Part shown: positions 23,038 to 35,343 of the stretch, piece by piece
Numbering within the stretch: position 1 is the stretch's first letter
Layout of the letters: each line of letters opens with the position of its first letter
Assembly (NCBI RefSeq): GCF_006345805.1
Contig: NC_043004.1
Span: 23,684,001-23,748,000, forward strand
Length of the DNA stretch: 64,000 bases
Direction of reading: 5' to 3'
From: Octopus sinensis
Lineage: Eukaryota
Translations under genes and position numbers: made by a program
The notes under the pieces: generated by a model
Seen by the model: only the letters and a program-made list of their open reading frames with translations
Database searches by the model: none
Told to the model about the DNA's origin: nothing

Positions 23038-23786
23038 GTATACATATACATGTATATATATATATAGATGTATACATATGGATGTATATATATATATATG
23101 TATATATATACATATATACATTTATATATATATATATGGATGTATGTATATATATACATGTATATATATAGATGTATATGTATACATGTATATGTATAGC
23201 TGTATATGTATACATGTATATGTATAGATGTATTTCTATAAATATAGATGTATATGTATACATGTATGTGTAGATGTATATATATATATATAGATGTACA
23301 TGTAATATGTACACATATATATATATACATATATACATGCATATATATATATATATACCCATACACACATACACCCCCCACACATACATTGGTGCAGTTG
23401 TGGCTGTGTGGTAACAAACTTGGTTCCAAATACATGGTCCTCAGTTCAGTCCCACTGTGTGGTAACTTGGCATGTGTCTTCTGCTATAGCCTCAGTCCAA
23501 CCAAAGCCTTGTCAGTGGATTTTGTAGACAGAAACTGAAAGAAATCAATTGTATATATATGTATGCATATATGTAAGTCCATGTGTGTGTCTTTGTGTTT
23601 CTCTCTCATCACTGCTTCACAACTGGTCTTCGTTTATTTACATCCCCATAACTTACTGATTTCACAAGAAGAAACTGATAGAATAAGTACCAGGCTTATC
23701 AAAATAAAAAAAAGCACTAGGCAGTGTCTCATTGTTTTGTTTGCCCACTCAGTTGTATCTATCAATTTATCTTTGTGTGTGTATAT

Positions 23787-23825
<39 letters not shown>

Positions 23826-24334
23826 GGATTTCGTTGACAGGAACTGAAACAAATCAATCGTATATGTGTAAGTATATATGTAAGTGTATATATGTAACTC
23901 CCAAATTTTAGTAATTTCTTTTATGAGTCAACAAAACTAGGTAAACAGTACTGAATGGAGGTTTATGAAATTTGGAAATTATATTCTATGCATAAGGGCC
24001 ATAATCCCCATGATAATTCATATATTTTCGCTGTTGATGAAATTTTAACCATAGATATTAGACACAAATGAAGTTATATTTATAAAATTTCATCTTCTTA
24101 CAAGTTGGAAAGACCTCTCTATGGGGACTTAACACCCACAATTTTATCATTTTATCTAAGCAAAAACGAATGCAGTTGTGCTTTTGGAAGCTGTAGAGTT
24201 ACCCGAGCATAAAAGATGTGCATTATTTGTATTTCAATGGTACAACAGTGTAACCGTTTGCTTTGACATACACATACATTGTGATTTCTGTATGACATGA
24301 GATATTATTCCATTCAAATCACCACATATATATA

Positions 24335-24881
24335 TTGAGACATCGATAATAAAACTATAGAAATATAAGAACATAAACATATAAAATTTTTAAAAAGTAT
24401 AAAAAAGCATATAAGGTGTACCATGAAAGTAGAAAATGTAGTTAGAATTGATTAAAGGAGGCGATTCAAAGGATTAGTCCAAACCTACATACGTTTCTAA
24501 AACGTTTTAAGGGGCTGTAGAAAATAATCCCAAATAATCCCGTATAAAAACATTTCTTTCCTCAGGGTTCCGTTCACGCGACCAAAATATATCCATTCGA
24601 TATTCAACAACCAACTGAAATTTCACCAAGTAGTGCCTTACTGGACTTTTCCACCTGATAGGCACCCTGAGGAAGGAAATGTTTTTATACAGGAAATTGA
24701 ATTTGGATTATTTCCTAGAGCCCCTTAAAACTTTTTAGAAACGCCTGCAGATTTGGACTGATTCTTTCTATCGCCTCCTTTAATCTATTCTATGTTTTCT
24801 ACTTTCATGGTACACTTTATATGTTTTTATGTTTCTTTTTAATGTTTATATTGTTATATTTCTATAGTCTTATTATCTGTC

Positions 24882-24885
<4 letters not shown>
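24335..24885. mobile_element. Fold-back element / MITE with ~230-bp diverged inverted arms between TA tracts
   Basis: 24335-24568 and 24664-24885 are reverse complements (e.g. GTACCATGAAAGTAGAAAA / TTTTCTACTTTCATGGTAC; TTTTAAGGGGCT / AGCCCCTTAAAA). Spacer ~95 bp; (TA)n on both flanks. Confidence 0.75.
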
Positions 24886-24939
<54 letters not shown>

Positions 24940-25087
24940 GTGGTTATTTGAATGGAATAATATCTTATGTCATACATCTGAATTATGAATTTGCTTGTCT
25001 GAATATTTAAGATAAATATCTGAAATGTTTAACTTATACTAAATTTTATATATATATATATATGTATATATTCGTACACACACATGC

Positions 25088-25135
<48 letters not shown>

Positions 25136-25526
25136 GCATGTTTGTATGTATATTCATGTATATGTATATATCTGTGTCTATGCAATATATATATATATGT
25201 ATATATATATACATATATACACGCACACACATATATATATATACATATATATACATATATATATTTATATATGTGTGTGTGTGTGTTTATATATTTATGT
25301 ATACATGTATGTATATCATCATTGTAATCATCATCATTTTTAAACTTAGCTTAAAAATAGCAAACAAATGCTTACTAGGGGAATCAGTACTGAGAGTAAA
25401 ATAAAATTTGCTGCGAAATTTTTGTTGAATGAAATATTAAGTGCCGGCTTATGGTTCATTTAACCGTCGCACAGCAAAGTTCAATTCAGCACCAATTTCT
25501 CTGTCTGTGTGTCTTTTCCCTTGTGT

Positions 25527-25580
<54 letters not shown>

Positions 25581-26204
25581 GGAGAGAGGGAAAGCGAGAG
25601 ATGGTTTCGCTAGACAGATAGATCGATAGTTTGATCGATTGATAGATAGATAGATAGATAGATAGATTCTATTGCGCGGATACATATACATCCTAACTGT
25701 TTTTGGGTTTTTGATATTTGCTATGTACTTTTGTCTGGTACGTCTATTTTGGAATGGATTGAACTAAATAATAAGTGCATTTGGAGAAGTTGTATGATGT
25801 TTACAATTTGTTATATGAGAAATGGATAAAAAAGAAAATATAATGAGAAAATAGGAAGGTCACTAGACGCTGAATGACAGAAATTGTATATTAACTTAGC
25901 TTTATGAGAATGTCTTTGAAAGATGTTATTGTTCAGTACAGACTGATGACAAAATATTTTTCTGATTTTAATAAAAAAGTGTAATTGAAAATAGAAATAT
26001 CGTAGAGTTTGATGGGCAAAGGAAATAATATTTTTATCTTTCTTAGGATAATTTGATTTGGAATGACAGCTTAGTAACAGAAGATTTGGTTCTGGTTATA
26101 GCAATGACTAGAATAGAAAACGTCAAAATATTCCCCTCGGAGCGAAAAACAAAATGTACTTCATAAAACAACGCTTTCTAACAATTAATGTTATATCTTT
26201 TTCT

Positions 26205-27120
26205 ATTCTAAGCACAAGGGCCGAAATTTTGGGGGAGGGAGCCAGTCGGTTAGATCGACCCGAGTACGCAGCTGTTACTTAATTTATCGACTTCGAAATG
26301 ATGAAAGGCAAAGTCGACCTTGGCGGAATTTGAACTCAGAACATAAAGACAAACGAAATACTGGTAAACATTTTGCCCGGCGTGCTAACGTTTCTGTCAG
26401 CTCGCCGCGTTACAATTACTGTTATATTAGTTGGAATTGATAAGAAAACATAAACTTATAATAATTCTTTCGATTATAGGGACAAAGCCTGCAATTTGTT
26501 TTTGTGGGTGGGGAGCTGTTTGATTACATTGACCCTAGTGCTTGACTGGTACTTATTTTATCAATCTCGAAAGGAAGAAAGGCAAAGTCTATTTTGGCGG
26601 AAATTGACATCAGAACGTAAAGACAGAATAAGTGCTGTGCTAAGCATTTTTCTAGACGCGGTAACCAGTCTACCAGCTCACTGATTTAGATGAAATGATA
26701 ATAATTTTGACAAGGCTAGCCATTTTGAGAGAAGGCGAAATCGATTATATCGACCACAGAATCAACTGGTACTTACCGTCCCTAAAGGGATATAAGGTGA
26801 TGCCGACTTCAGAACGGTGAGAGCCGGAAGAAATACTGCTTAGCACTTTTCCGACGTAGTCACAATGCTACCAACTCACCGCCTTAAGACGAACTAATGA
26901 TAATGATTTCAAACTTTGGCACAAGGCCAGCAATTTCAAAGAATGAGTAAGTCAATTATATCAACCCCTGTTATCAACTGGTATTTATTTTGTCGTCTCG
27001 ATATGATGAAAAGTAAAGTCGACTTCAGCGGAATTTGAACTCAGAATATAAAGAGGGACGAAATGCCACCAAGCACTTTTGCCCGGCGCAGTAACGATTC
27101 TACCAGGTCACTGCCTTATA
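26205..27120 (-). mobile_element. Head-to-tail array of four decayed family B SINEs
   Basis: Repeated GAAAGGCAAAGTCGAC/GGAATTTGAACTCAGAAC/CAGCTCGCCGC-type blocks at ~26205, 26470, 26710 and 26910, all in the same orientation and mutually diverged. Confidence 0.75.
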
Positions 27121-27883
27121 CGAACTAGTAATCAAATCCATTGCTAACACTTGTCTTTAAAGTCTAAGACCTCTATTTCTTATTCATTTTACATTATTGT
27201 TTGGTTGAAAGCCAACTATGATTTTGGAGGCTAAAACCATCCAAACCGTGTCCCTTGCCTCTAGGTTTAGCAAATATTACATTATACTTTATTCATTTAT
27301 TATCTTTAGTCTTAAGAGATAGTAAGCTGTCATGAGGTCTGCAGTTTTACCTGCAGTCTTAGCTGGTTAAATGACCATGTAAAGGTCTCTTTCTCTTTGA
27401 CATGATCCCTATTATGTACATTGTTATTGGTCGTTTATACCAAACATTCAGAGGGACTTAGAAATTGCTGGGAATATACAGCAATTTGTTGATTTCAGTA
27501 TCTTATGAACATGCGGAGTATTTCAACGTATTCCTGGAATGGAACTTATAGGCACAGCTCTACCTTGAAACAACAATTGTGTATATGAATTAACGTATGT
27601 TCAAGTAAACAAACAAATGTTCAGATAAATGAATGTTGTTCTGATGAACAAAATTATGTTCGGATGAGTACATGAAAGACTGATGTCATGTAAATAATAT
27701 TTCTATATCCTGAATATGGCATGTAATAATGTTGAATAATGAAAGAAATAGCATACGCAGAAGTGACGGATCATATGTTTGTGGAGAGAGAGAGAGAGAG
27801 AGAGAGAGAGGAGGGGAGTGAGAGAGCAACGTTTGATGGAGTTATATCTAAGATAATAAAATAAAGAAGCAACATTAGCTTAC

Positions 27884-27982
27884 TTTATAATATCCTGTCC
27901 GAATAAACATCTGCTTGCTTCCCATATCACTTAGATGTGCTGCAATTGTATCTCCAGATATCGAGCTGGTTGTAGAGCCACA
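27884..27982 (-). CDS. Exon of receptor-type guanylate cyclase, Ser/Thr-rich segment preceding the kinase-homology domain
   Basis: tatttttacag|TGT GGC...TAT TAT AAA|gtaagc; 99 nt, phase 0-0, CGSTTSSISGDTIAAHLSDMGSKQMFIRTGYYK. Corresponds to the NPR1 segment ending QVFAKTAYYK and splices in frame to 7238. Confidence 0.9.
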
Positions 27983-29714
27983 CTGTAAAAATAATTAAAA
28001 AAATATATAGAAGACAACATGTAATGATTCACGTAAAACGGTTGTTTTCTTTTCTTCAAATAGTTGTAGCTGCTGTTGTTCAGTATATTTCTGAGGAATT
28101 TCTTAGATATACACTATTTCAGTAATGCACGTTTCAGGAAGATGGAACATGGACTTGTAAATAAATAACAACAATAACAAAACATATCAACAAAAGACTA
28201 ATAAACAAACATTTCACACTACAACAGAACTTGGGAATGGAATGTATCAGTTTTGGTACATTTGTTTAATCTAAAATCATATCTTGATTGAATAGTGTTT
28301 GGTAATCAATCAAAATTCTGACAAAAACCTAAAGTGTATTTAATTACGTTAAGTGCAATGTATTTCAGACTGAAACAGCTGATTCCTGCATCATATGAAT
28401 ATATTACACTTCAAAGTTTCCATTGACATATTTTACGTTATACTGGAACTGTGTTACACCAGAGAAGTGATATAACTTAAACATCTACACACACATGCAC
28501 ACGCATTATACTAGATGTATGCTCCTGGAGTTAGCTTTCATTTTATGTACACCTAAATTCGATACGCTTTAAGTTGTGCCATGGTATAAAACTTGTAATG
28601 CAAGGGTAATGAAAAGGAGAGATACCAGAAGAGAGGGAAAATGAGACTGAAAGGGATGATGGGAGTGTAACTGTAGAGATGAGCGAGACAATGTGAGAGT
28701 AACCGTAGACAGACGAGTGAGAAAGGCAGCGAAAAGTAAATGTCAAAAGAGGGCTAAGGGGGAGAGAGTAGCCGTAGAGGGTGAGACAGAAGCAATGGGA
28801 GAATAACTGTAGAGAGAGAAAGAGAGTAGTTAAGCATTTCGAGAAGAGTGTGTCAACATGGGAACCTCTACGCAGTCACTTTGGTTCGTTAGAAATAATG
28901 ACTAAATTTTCCTCAGATTACATTCTACTGTATTAGAAAATTGTAAAGATACATTTGACAATATACGTATTTATTTAAAATATTATTGGATTATCAGAGT
29001 TAGAGCGCATTGGATTATAATTCCGTTGTGTCATGGCTGACACGAAAATATATGACAATAACATTATAAATTGTTTGGTGGTGAAGAGCTATTCTTGCTA
29101 CTGTTATGTTTAGAATGTTTTAATAGGAAACAGAAGGTGGCGGGAACTTATAAAGAATCAGACTTGATTTAGTGTGGTCCGAAGTGCTTCGTTGTTTCTT
29201 CAGTCGAATTCAGTTTTTAACAGAATCCAATGTGGAAAATTTCAAATATTTAAATTCAAAAAAAAAAAAAAGGAACATCATAAAATGATGTACGTCGTGA
29301 AATTAAAATAACGTGTCTCCGATTCATTTTCCATTGATCAGTATATTAACCCCATATATGAACCCCATGTTATTATTTGGTTGACTGTGCCTCGTTCTGA
29401 TTCTGCTTGAGAATCGCGTTAAAGATACACGTCTTTATGGAATACTCAACAAATTCGATCAATAGATAAATAAGTTGCTCAAATAACAACACAGTACACG
29501 TTGTGGAAACCGGAGGGGAACCATTTCCTTTGTTATTTTAAGTTAAATAAATCAAATATTTCTTACTACCTAAATAAATAGCGTCGTTAATATGCAACAA
29601 ACAAAATATTTGAAGAAATTATACAGATATTCAAATTTGATCAAAGAATCCCACGTAAAAACAGTTCAAATATATAAATCTTCAAAACTTGTGTACGTTT
29701 CATAATGGAAATAA

Positions 29715-30427
29715 TATATCTGCGATTCATATTACATTGATCAATATATTCCACCAACGCCCGCAAAATTACGCCGCGAACTTTTAAGAAACAATGTTGT
29801 AAAAATACCTTTGTCATACAAGTCTTCCTTATATTATTTTTATTTATAGAATGAAAAGGTTATAGAAATTATAAAACCCGAGAACAGATATTTAATCAAG
29901 AGACGAACAAAAAACTGTAAATAAGTAATAACAAATCTATAGATTTTGTGATGAAGAATAAATAAATGATTTTTAAATAAAAATATATGTTTGATTAAAA
30001 TATGTCGTCGTCGTTATTCTAAATCTATCGTCTTACATACAGTGTTGAAGCCATTCTTAGCGCTGTTGGTGATGGTACAAATATCGTTGATTGGAATTCC
30101 TTTAGAAATATGAAGAGAATCGTCGGATTCTTGAAAGGAATGGATAATGAAATTCAGTTTTCTAATAATTATATCTATTGTTGATTTGTTTAACTCCTTG
30201 CCATTCATGGTCAGACTTATGATCAAAGGTATTTTTGCTGCAGCCATCGCGTTTTCTTTTAAATATAGTATGTCTAAATCTATATTTTCCAAAGCATCAT
30301 AGAAGAGAAATGAAACTGCTGTTTCTAGATGGTTGAATTACTAAATAGATGTTTCCTTCTCGTCAATATCTGAAACTACTTTGTTTAATGTGGCCTTCTT
30401 TTTAAGATATAGTGTGATTTGAGGCAT
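29715..30427. pseudogene. Two convergent decayed AT-rich reading frames of unknown origin
   Basis: Plus 29715-29924: 70 codons with one internal stop. Minus 30427-30014: 138 codons with one TAG-TAA pair. They are separated by a 90-bp gap containing AATAAA. Confidence 0.35.
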
Positions 30428-31014
30428 GTGTAGTTACTATTTCTGACAAATAGAACGATTCTGTAATGCCACTATTTTTGGATCATAGCTCAGCTATTCG
30501 GTGAAGGAGTTGGTACGTGGAGAATTTTTTGAGAAAATACTTCACACACTGATGACTGAATGAAGGTGAACCTTCTGTTTCCAAATAATCAAAACAAAAT
30601 ATCGAATAGGGGTGAAGGCAGACCACAGCATATATAAAAATACAGGAATTCTGAGTTCAGATTCAGAATCAGCATACTTGATTTAGTTTAATACAATACC
30701 ATTTGTCTGGGTAGCAGACAATAAAATATTTTTGTTGTCCCTAGTGTAGTTTTAGGTAAAGTATATTTCTTGATTAGAAAATCATTAATCGTCGGTTTGT
30801 TAGATCAACCCTGCTTTGAGGTCTCTTATTATTGTACGAAACCACTGATAGGATGGTAATATATTTATTGTGCGGTATTCCAGTAATAATTGGTTCTTAT
30901 TTTAGTGAGATGAGAAAAAAATAGAGATCCGAAGAGTGCAGATTATACCGCAAAAAATTTACCCTGTCACTTGTACTCCAAGTTAAACGTATTTGTACAT
31001 GTAAGTGCGAGCGT

Positions 31015-31200
31015 TTGTATGTATGTATGTATGTATGTATGTATGTATGTATGTATGTATGTATGTATGTATGTATGTATGTATGTATGTATGTATGTAT
31101 ATATGTATGTATGTATGTATGCATGCATGTATGTATGTATGTATGTATGTACGTACGTACGTATGTATGTATCTATGCATGCATGAATGTATAAATGTAT
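31015..31200. repeat. (TATG)n microsatellite
   Basis: Direct reading. Confidence 0.95.
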
Positions 31201-31261
31201 GTATCACAACAATTTTCGATATAAATAATAGCAAAATAACAAACATAAATCTAGTATGTCG

Positions 31262-31402
31262 ACAGGCGTGGCCTTGTGGGAAGAAAGTAGTTTCCAAAAC
31301 ACATGGTTCCGTGTTCAGTTCCACTCCGTGTCTACCGCTATAAATCCGACCAAGGCCTTGTGAGTGAATTTGGTGGACAGAAATTCAAAGAAATCGACCG
31401 TG

Positions 31403-31449
<47 letters not shown>

Positions 31450-31690
31450 ATGCGTATGCATGTGTGTGTGTGTTTGCTTCTATGTGTGTTTGTGTTAGTG
31501 TGTGTGTGTGAGCGTGTGAGCGTTTGTGTGTGCATCTTCCACAGTCACCTGATAAACGTTGATCACCTGTTTACGTCCCCATAACTCAGCAGCTCGGCAA
31601 AAGAGATCGATAGAATAAGTACCAGACTTGAAAATAAGTTTTTCAGGGCATTGCCCTACCAATGACTGAAACAAGTAAAAGACGAAAGAT
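31262..31690 (+). mobile_element. SINE family A
   Basis: CAGGCGTGGCCTTGTGGGAAGAAAG...CCGACCAAGGCCTTGTGAGTG...GACTGAAACAAGTAAAAG. Confidence 0.85.
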
Positions 31691-32004
31691 ATGTTCCGAT
31701 GTCAAGGAAAAGAAAATAGTCATGAATAACAAAAGAAAGAATAAAAGTAGTCAAGTCTAAAAGGGGTTTTTTACTCGAAAAGCATCCGACGTCCCTTATC
31801 TTTTAAGTCTGGTATTTATTCTATTGGAGTTTATTACCGAACAGCTGAGTTACGGGGACGTTAAGAAACAATAAACATTGGTTGTCAAGTGGTGCTCGGA
31901 GGACAAACACACACACATGCACACACACATGCACACACGCATATATATGTATGTATTTATGTATACATGTATGTATATATACCTCGCTGAGAGATTTACT
32001 ATTG

Positions 32005-32044
<40 letters not shown>

Positions 32045-32152
32045 ATTATATAGAAGGAGCTTCTACAGGACTAGAACTGTTTCATTCAAGAGTACCTTAT
32101 TTACTGTGGTTAACCCCGAATCAACCCGGGACCTACATATATATATATATAT

Positions 32153-32192
<40 letters not shown>

Positions 32193-32373
32193 GAGAGATA
32201 TGGCCGAGTAGTAACCAAGGGCTAGGAAAAGACCACTTGGAAGGCCTCCATGACGATGGGAAGACGATCTGGTCAAGCAATTACGGTCACGATGGAAAAC
32301 AATGGCGCAATCAAGAGAGAATTAAAAGCACATTCTAACCAGTGTGTATAACATCAGCTGATGCTTTTGTCGA

Positions 32374-32773
32374 TACTCTCTTTACTCTTTTACTCTTTTA
32401 CTTGTTTCAGTCATTTGACTGCGGCTATGCTGGAGCACCGCCTTTAGTCGACCAAATCGACCCCGGGTCTTATTCTTTGTAAGCCCAGTACTTATTCTAT
32501 CGGTCTCTTTTGCCGAACCGCTAAGTTACGGGGACGTAAGCACACCAGCATCGGCTGTCAAGCAATGCTAGGGGGACAAACACAGACACACACATACATA
32601 TACATATATACGACAGGCTTCTTTCAGTTTCCGTCTACCAAATCCACTCACAAGGCATTGGTCGGCCCGGGGCTATAGCAGAAGACATTTGCCCAAGATT
32701 CCACGCAGGGGGACTGAACCCAGAACCATGTGGTTGGTTAGCAAGCTACTTACCACACAGCCACTCCTGCGCC
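32374..32773 (-). mobile_element. SINE family A, best-preserved full-length copy
   Basis: Complete head-to-tail reverse complement with a (AAAAGAGT)n tail. Confidence 0.9.
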
Positions 32774-32798
32774 TATACTGTGATACTTTGATGACTAT

Positions 32799-32904
<106 letters not shown>

Positions 32905-32973
32905 ACAATCATGCATACAATTCCCGTTTACTTAATTCATTCACTAGCCATAGATCTATTCGGAGTTACAGTA

Positions 32974-33205
32974 AACTGATATCTACTTAAAGAGAAATTT
33001 TGAAAGTAAAAGATTACATTTTATTTTCATATTTTCTTCGGCAAACAGACACAGGCATGGCTGTGTGGTTAAAAAGCCCGCTATGCAACCGTATAGTTTC
33101 AGATCTTGTGCCACACAGCCATGCCTGCGTCTATTTGCCGAAGAAAATACAAAAATAAAATGAAATATTTTACTTTCAAAATTTCCTTTTAAGTGGATAT
33201 CAGTT
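32974..33205. repeat. Inverted duplication, 95-bp arms, 42-bp spacer, containing a SINE A head
   Basis: 32974-33068 vs reverse complement of 33111-33205, about 9 differences. The arms end in CAGGCATGGCTGTGTGG (SINE A 5' end). Confidence 0.9.
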
Positions 33206-33814
33206 AACTACAATATCTTCATTTGGACCAAGTTATCCATTATATCTGTCACTTGCAATTACAAGGAATTGATATGTTTTCACTTCTGAAGCATAAAATT
33301 TAGTTTCAAAAAATTATTTTAGATTACTTTGGGAAAAATACACATTAGGTATAAAATACTATTCAAAATTATCAGCTTTATTCAGTAAATATCAAATATT
33401 TCTCCGTGTAGAAAATGTCTGGTTTACAAACTTAGAGATGCCTTCCGAACGAAGAAGAACTAGTAAATTGAATACTGAAATACAAAGTGTCCAGATTAAT
33501 CGCTGTAATATCACTTTCTACTATTAGCGAGTATTTGCGGAGAGGGACTAGTCGATCATATTGACTCCAGCGCTTGACTTACTTTTTCTACCCCGAAAGG
33601 ATGAAAAGCAAAGTCGACCCCGGCGGAATTTGAACTCAAAATGTAAAGATAATGCTAAAAATGTTATTCAATGTGCTAACTATTCTACTAGCTCACCACC
33701 TTACTTACCGCTATAATATTAAAGACGAGATCCACGCCTACCTCATCATATTTTTTATTTCATTACGCAAGGTTACGTTCCTGAATTTCTAGGCCAGAAT
33801 TAGCCATTATACTT

Positions 33815-34002
33815 ATTTCTTTATTACCCACAAGGGGCTAAACACAGAGGGGACAAACAAGGACAGACATAGGTATTAAGTTGATTACATCGACCCCAGT
33901 GCGTAACTGGTACTTAATTTATCGACCCCGAAAGGATGAAAGGCAAAGTCGACCTCGGCGGAATTTGAACTCACAACGTAACGCAGACGAAATACCGCGA
34001 AG
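33815..34002 (-). mobile_element. SINE family B lacking its 5' ~40 nt
   Basis: Near-consensus body that stops at AATACCGCGAAG, exactly where the inverted arm at 34003 begins. Confidence 0.85.
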
Positions 34003-34639
34003 CTAGCTACAACATGTCTCATCGGTAGATAATACCATGATGACATTTTCGGACAACTCCGTATGATGTTAACTCCGCAAAGTCTGCATCGGTTGTCACA
34101 TTTTACGGCTTTTCTTGCATCTCTATCCCTTTTGTGCATCAAGTATTTGGTTGATATTTCTTGTTCCTGGATTGCAGTGGGTGTTTATGTATGATTATAA
34201 TTATATCTTGATGTACATCAGAAGAAAAAAATTCGCAATTTATTTAGTAGAGTTTATATGCCAGAAGCTGATGGGTTTCTGTTGCTCTCGCAACACTACG
34301 GTTGATATTTTGTTGACTGGAAATTAAAACATGGTGAGCCAGTGAGTAACAGCAACAGAAACCCATCAGCTTCTGGCATATAAACTCTACTAAATAAATT
34401 GCGAATTTTTTTCTTCTGATGTATACATCAAGATATAATTATAATCATACATAAACAACCACTGCAATCCAGGAACAAGAAATATCAACCAAATACTTGA
34501 TGCACAAAAGGGATAGAGATGCAGGAAAAGCCGTAAAATGTGACAACCGATACAGACTTTGCGGAGTTAACATCATACGGAGTTGTCCGAAAATGTCATC
34601 ATGGTATTATCTACCGATGAGACATGTTGTTGTAGCTAG
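34003..34639. repeat. Near-perfect inverted duplication, ~285-bp arms, 64-bp spacer
   Basis: 34003-34286 vs reverse complement of 34351-34639: 3 substitutions and 2 small indels counted by eye. Confidence 0.95.
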
Positions 34640-35343
34640 GACACTCTATAATGAAATCCGTTGGAAGGATAATCCCAAGGATATAGAAATAAGAACCCAC
34701 AGTATGGTAAAAGTCATAGCCACTCATAATAAAAAGGAGTACTGGTGGAATCTCACGGTGAAGATCTGAATAAAATGCAAGCACAATATACCTGATATAA
34801 TGATTTGAGATATGGGAAAGAAACTGTGTACAGTTGTGGAAATTAGCTGCCAGGCGGATGTTTAAGCTGAAGATCAATGAAAAAGAGAATTTCTACGCCG
34901 AACTATTGAGAAATCTGCAGTTACTCTATCCAAATTACAAGTTCAGGTTTATACCTGTAATTATTAGATGCCCGGCAATATGTAATAGTTGCCTAAATAG
35001 CAATCTTGAGAAATTCGGCTTCTCAAAACCAGAAAGGAGAAAGCTAATTCGAAGACTACAGATTCAGTCCATTACTAGAACTGGAAAAATCTGTTAAAAT
35101 TTCCAGACGTTTATCATTTAAATATATATGACCATGTCTAGATATGCAGTTATATACATGAGGATACATACGTAAAACAAAACATAAAAAGTTGCATATA
35201 GACATACATATATAAACACATACATACAAAGAAAAATACCCTGTTGTTGATTAGAAATTCCAATGAAGGAGGCATGGATCTAGGTTAGAAACCGACTCTT
35301 TCTCTGTTGGCAAGAGATCTTGAAATAAACCTGAATAATGACA
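34351..35343 (+). mobile_element. Decayed 3' part of a REL-type non-LTR retrotransposon (second family)
   Basis: AIQEQEISTKYLMHKRD...CDNRYRLCGVN-IIRSCPK...RHVVVARTLY, then PDI..W...KENFYAELLRNLQLLYPNYKFRFIPVII. The 3' end ...TGAATAATGACAT runs into (CATC)n(CATA)n. Confidence 0.85.

Noticed and set aside
24667-24696. CTGAGGA...GAAA hammerhead-like spacing in the fold-back arm
   Set aside because: No convincing stem II or cleavage triplet.
21679-25691. Many long YIYI/HTHT/CVCV ORFs (also at 30897-32979, 50587-51147 and 62380-62974)
   Set aside because: They are stop-free frames of (TA)n, (CA)n and (CATA)n repeats.
28060-28170. Plus-strand acceptor-like sites followed by short peptides (VAAVVQYISEEFLRYTLFQ*, EDGTWTCK*)
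   Set aside because: Short, end in stops, and have no partner exons or homology.
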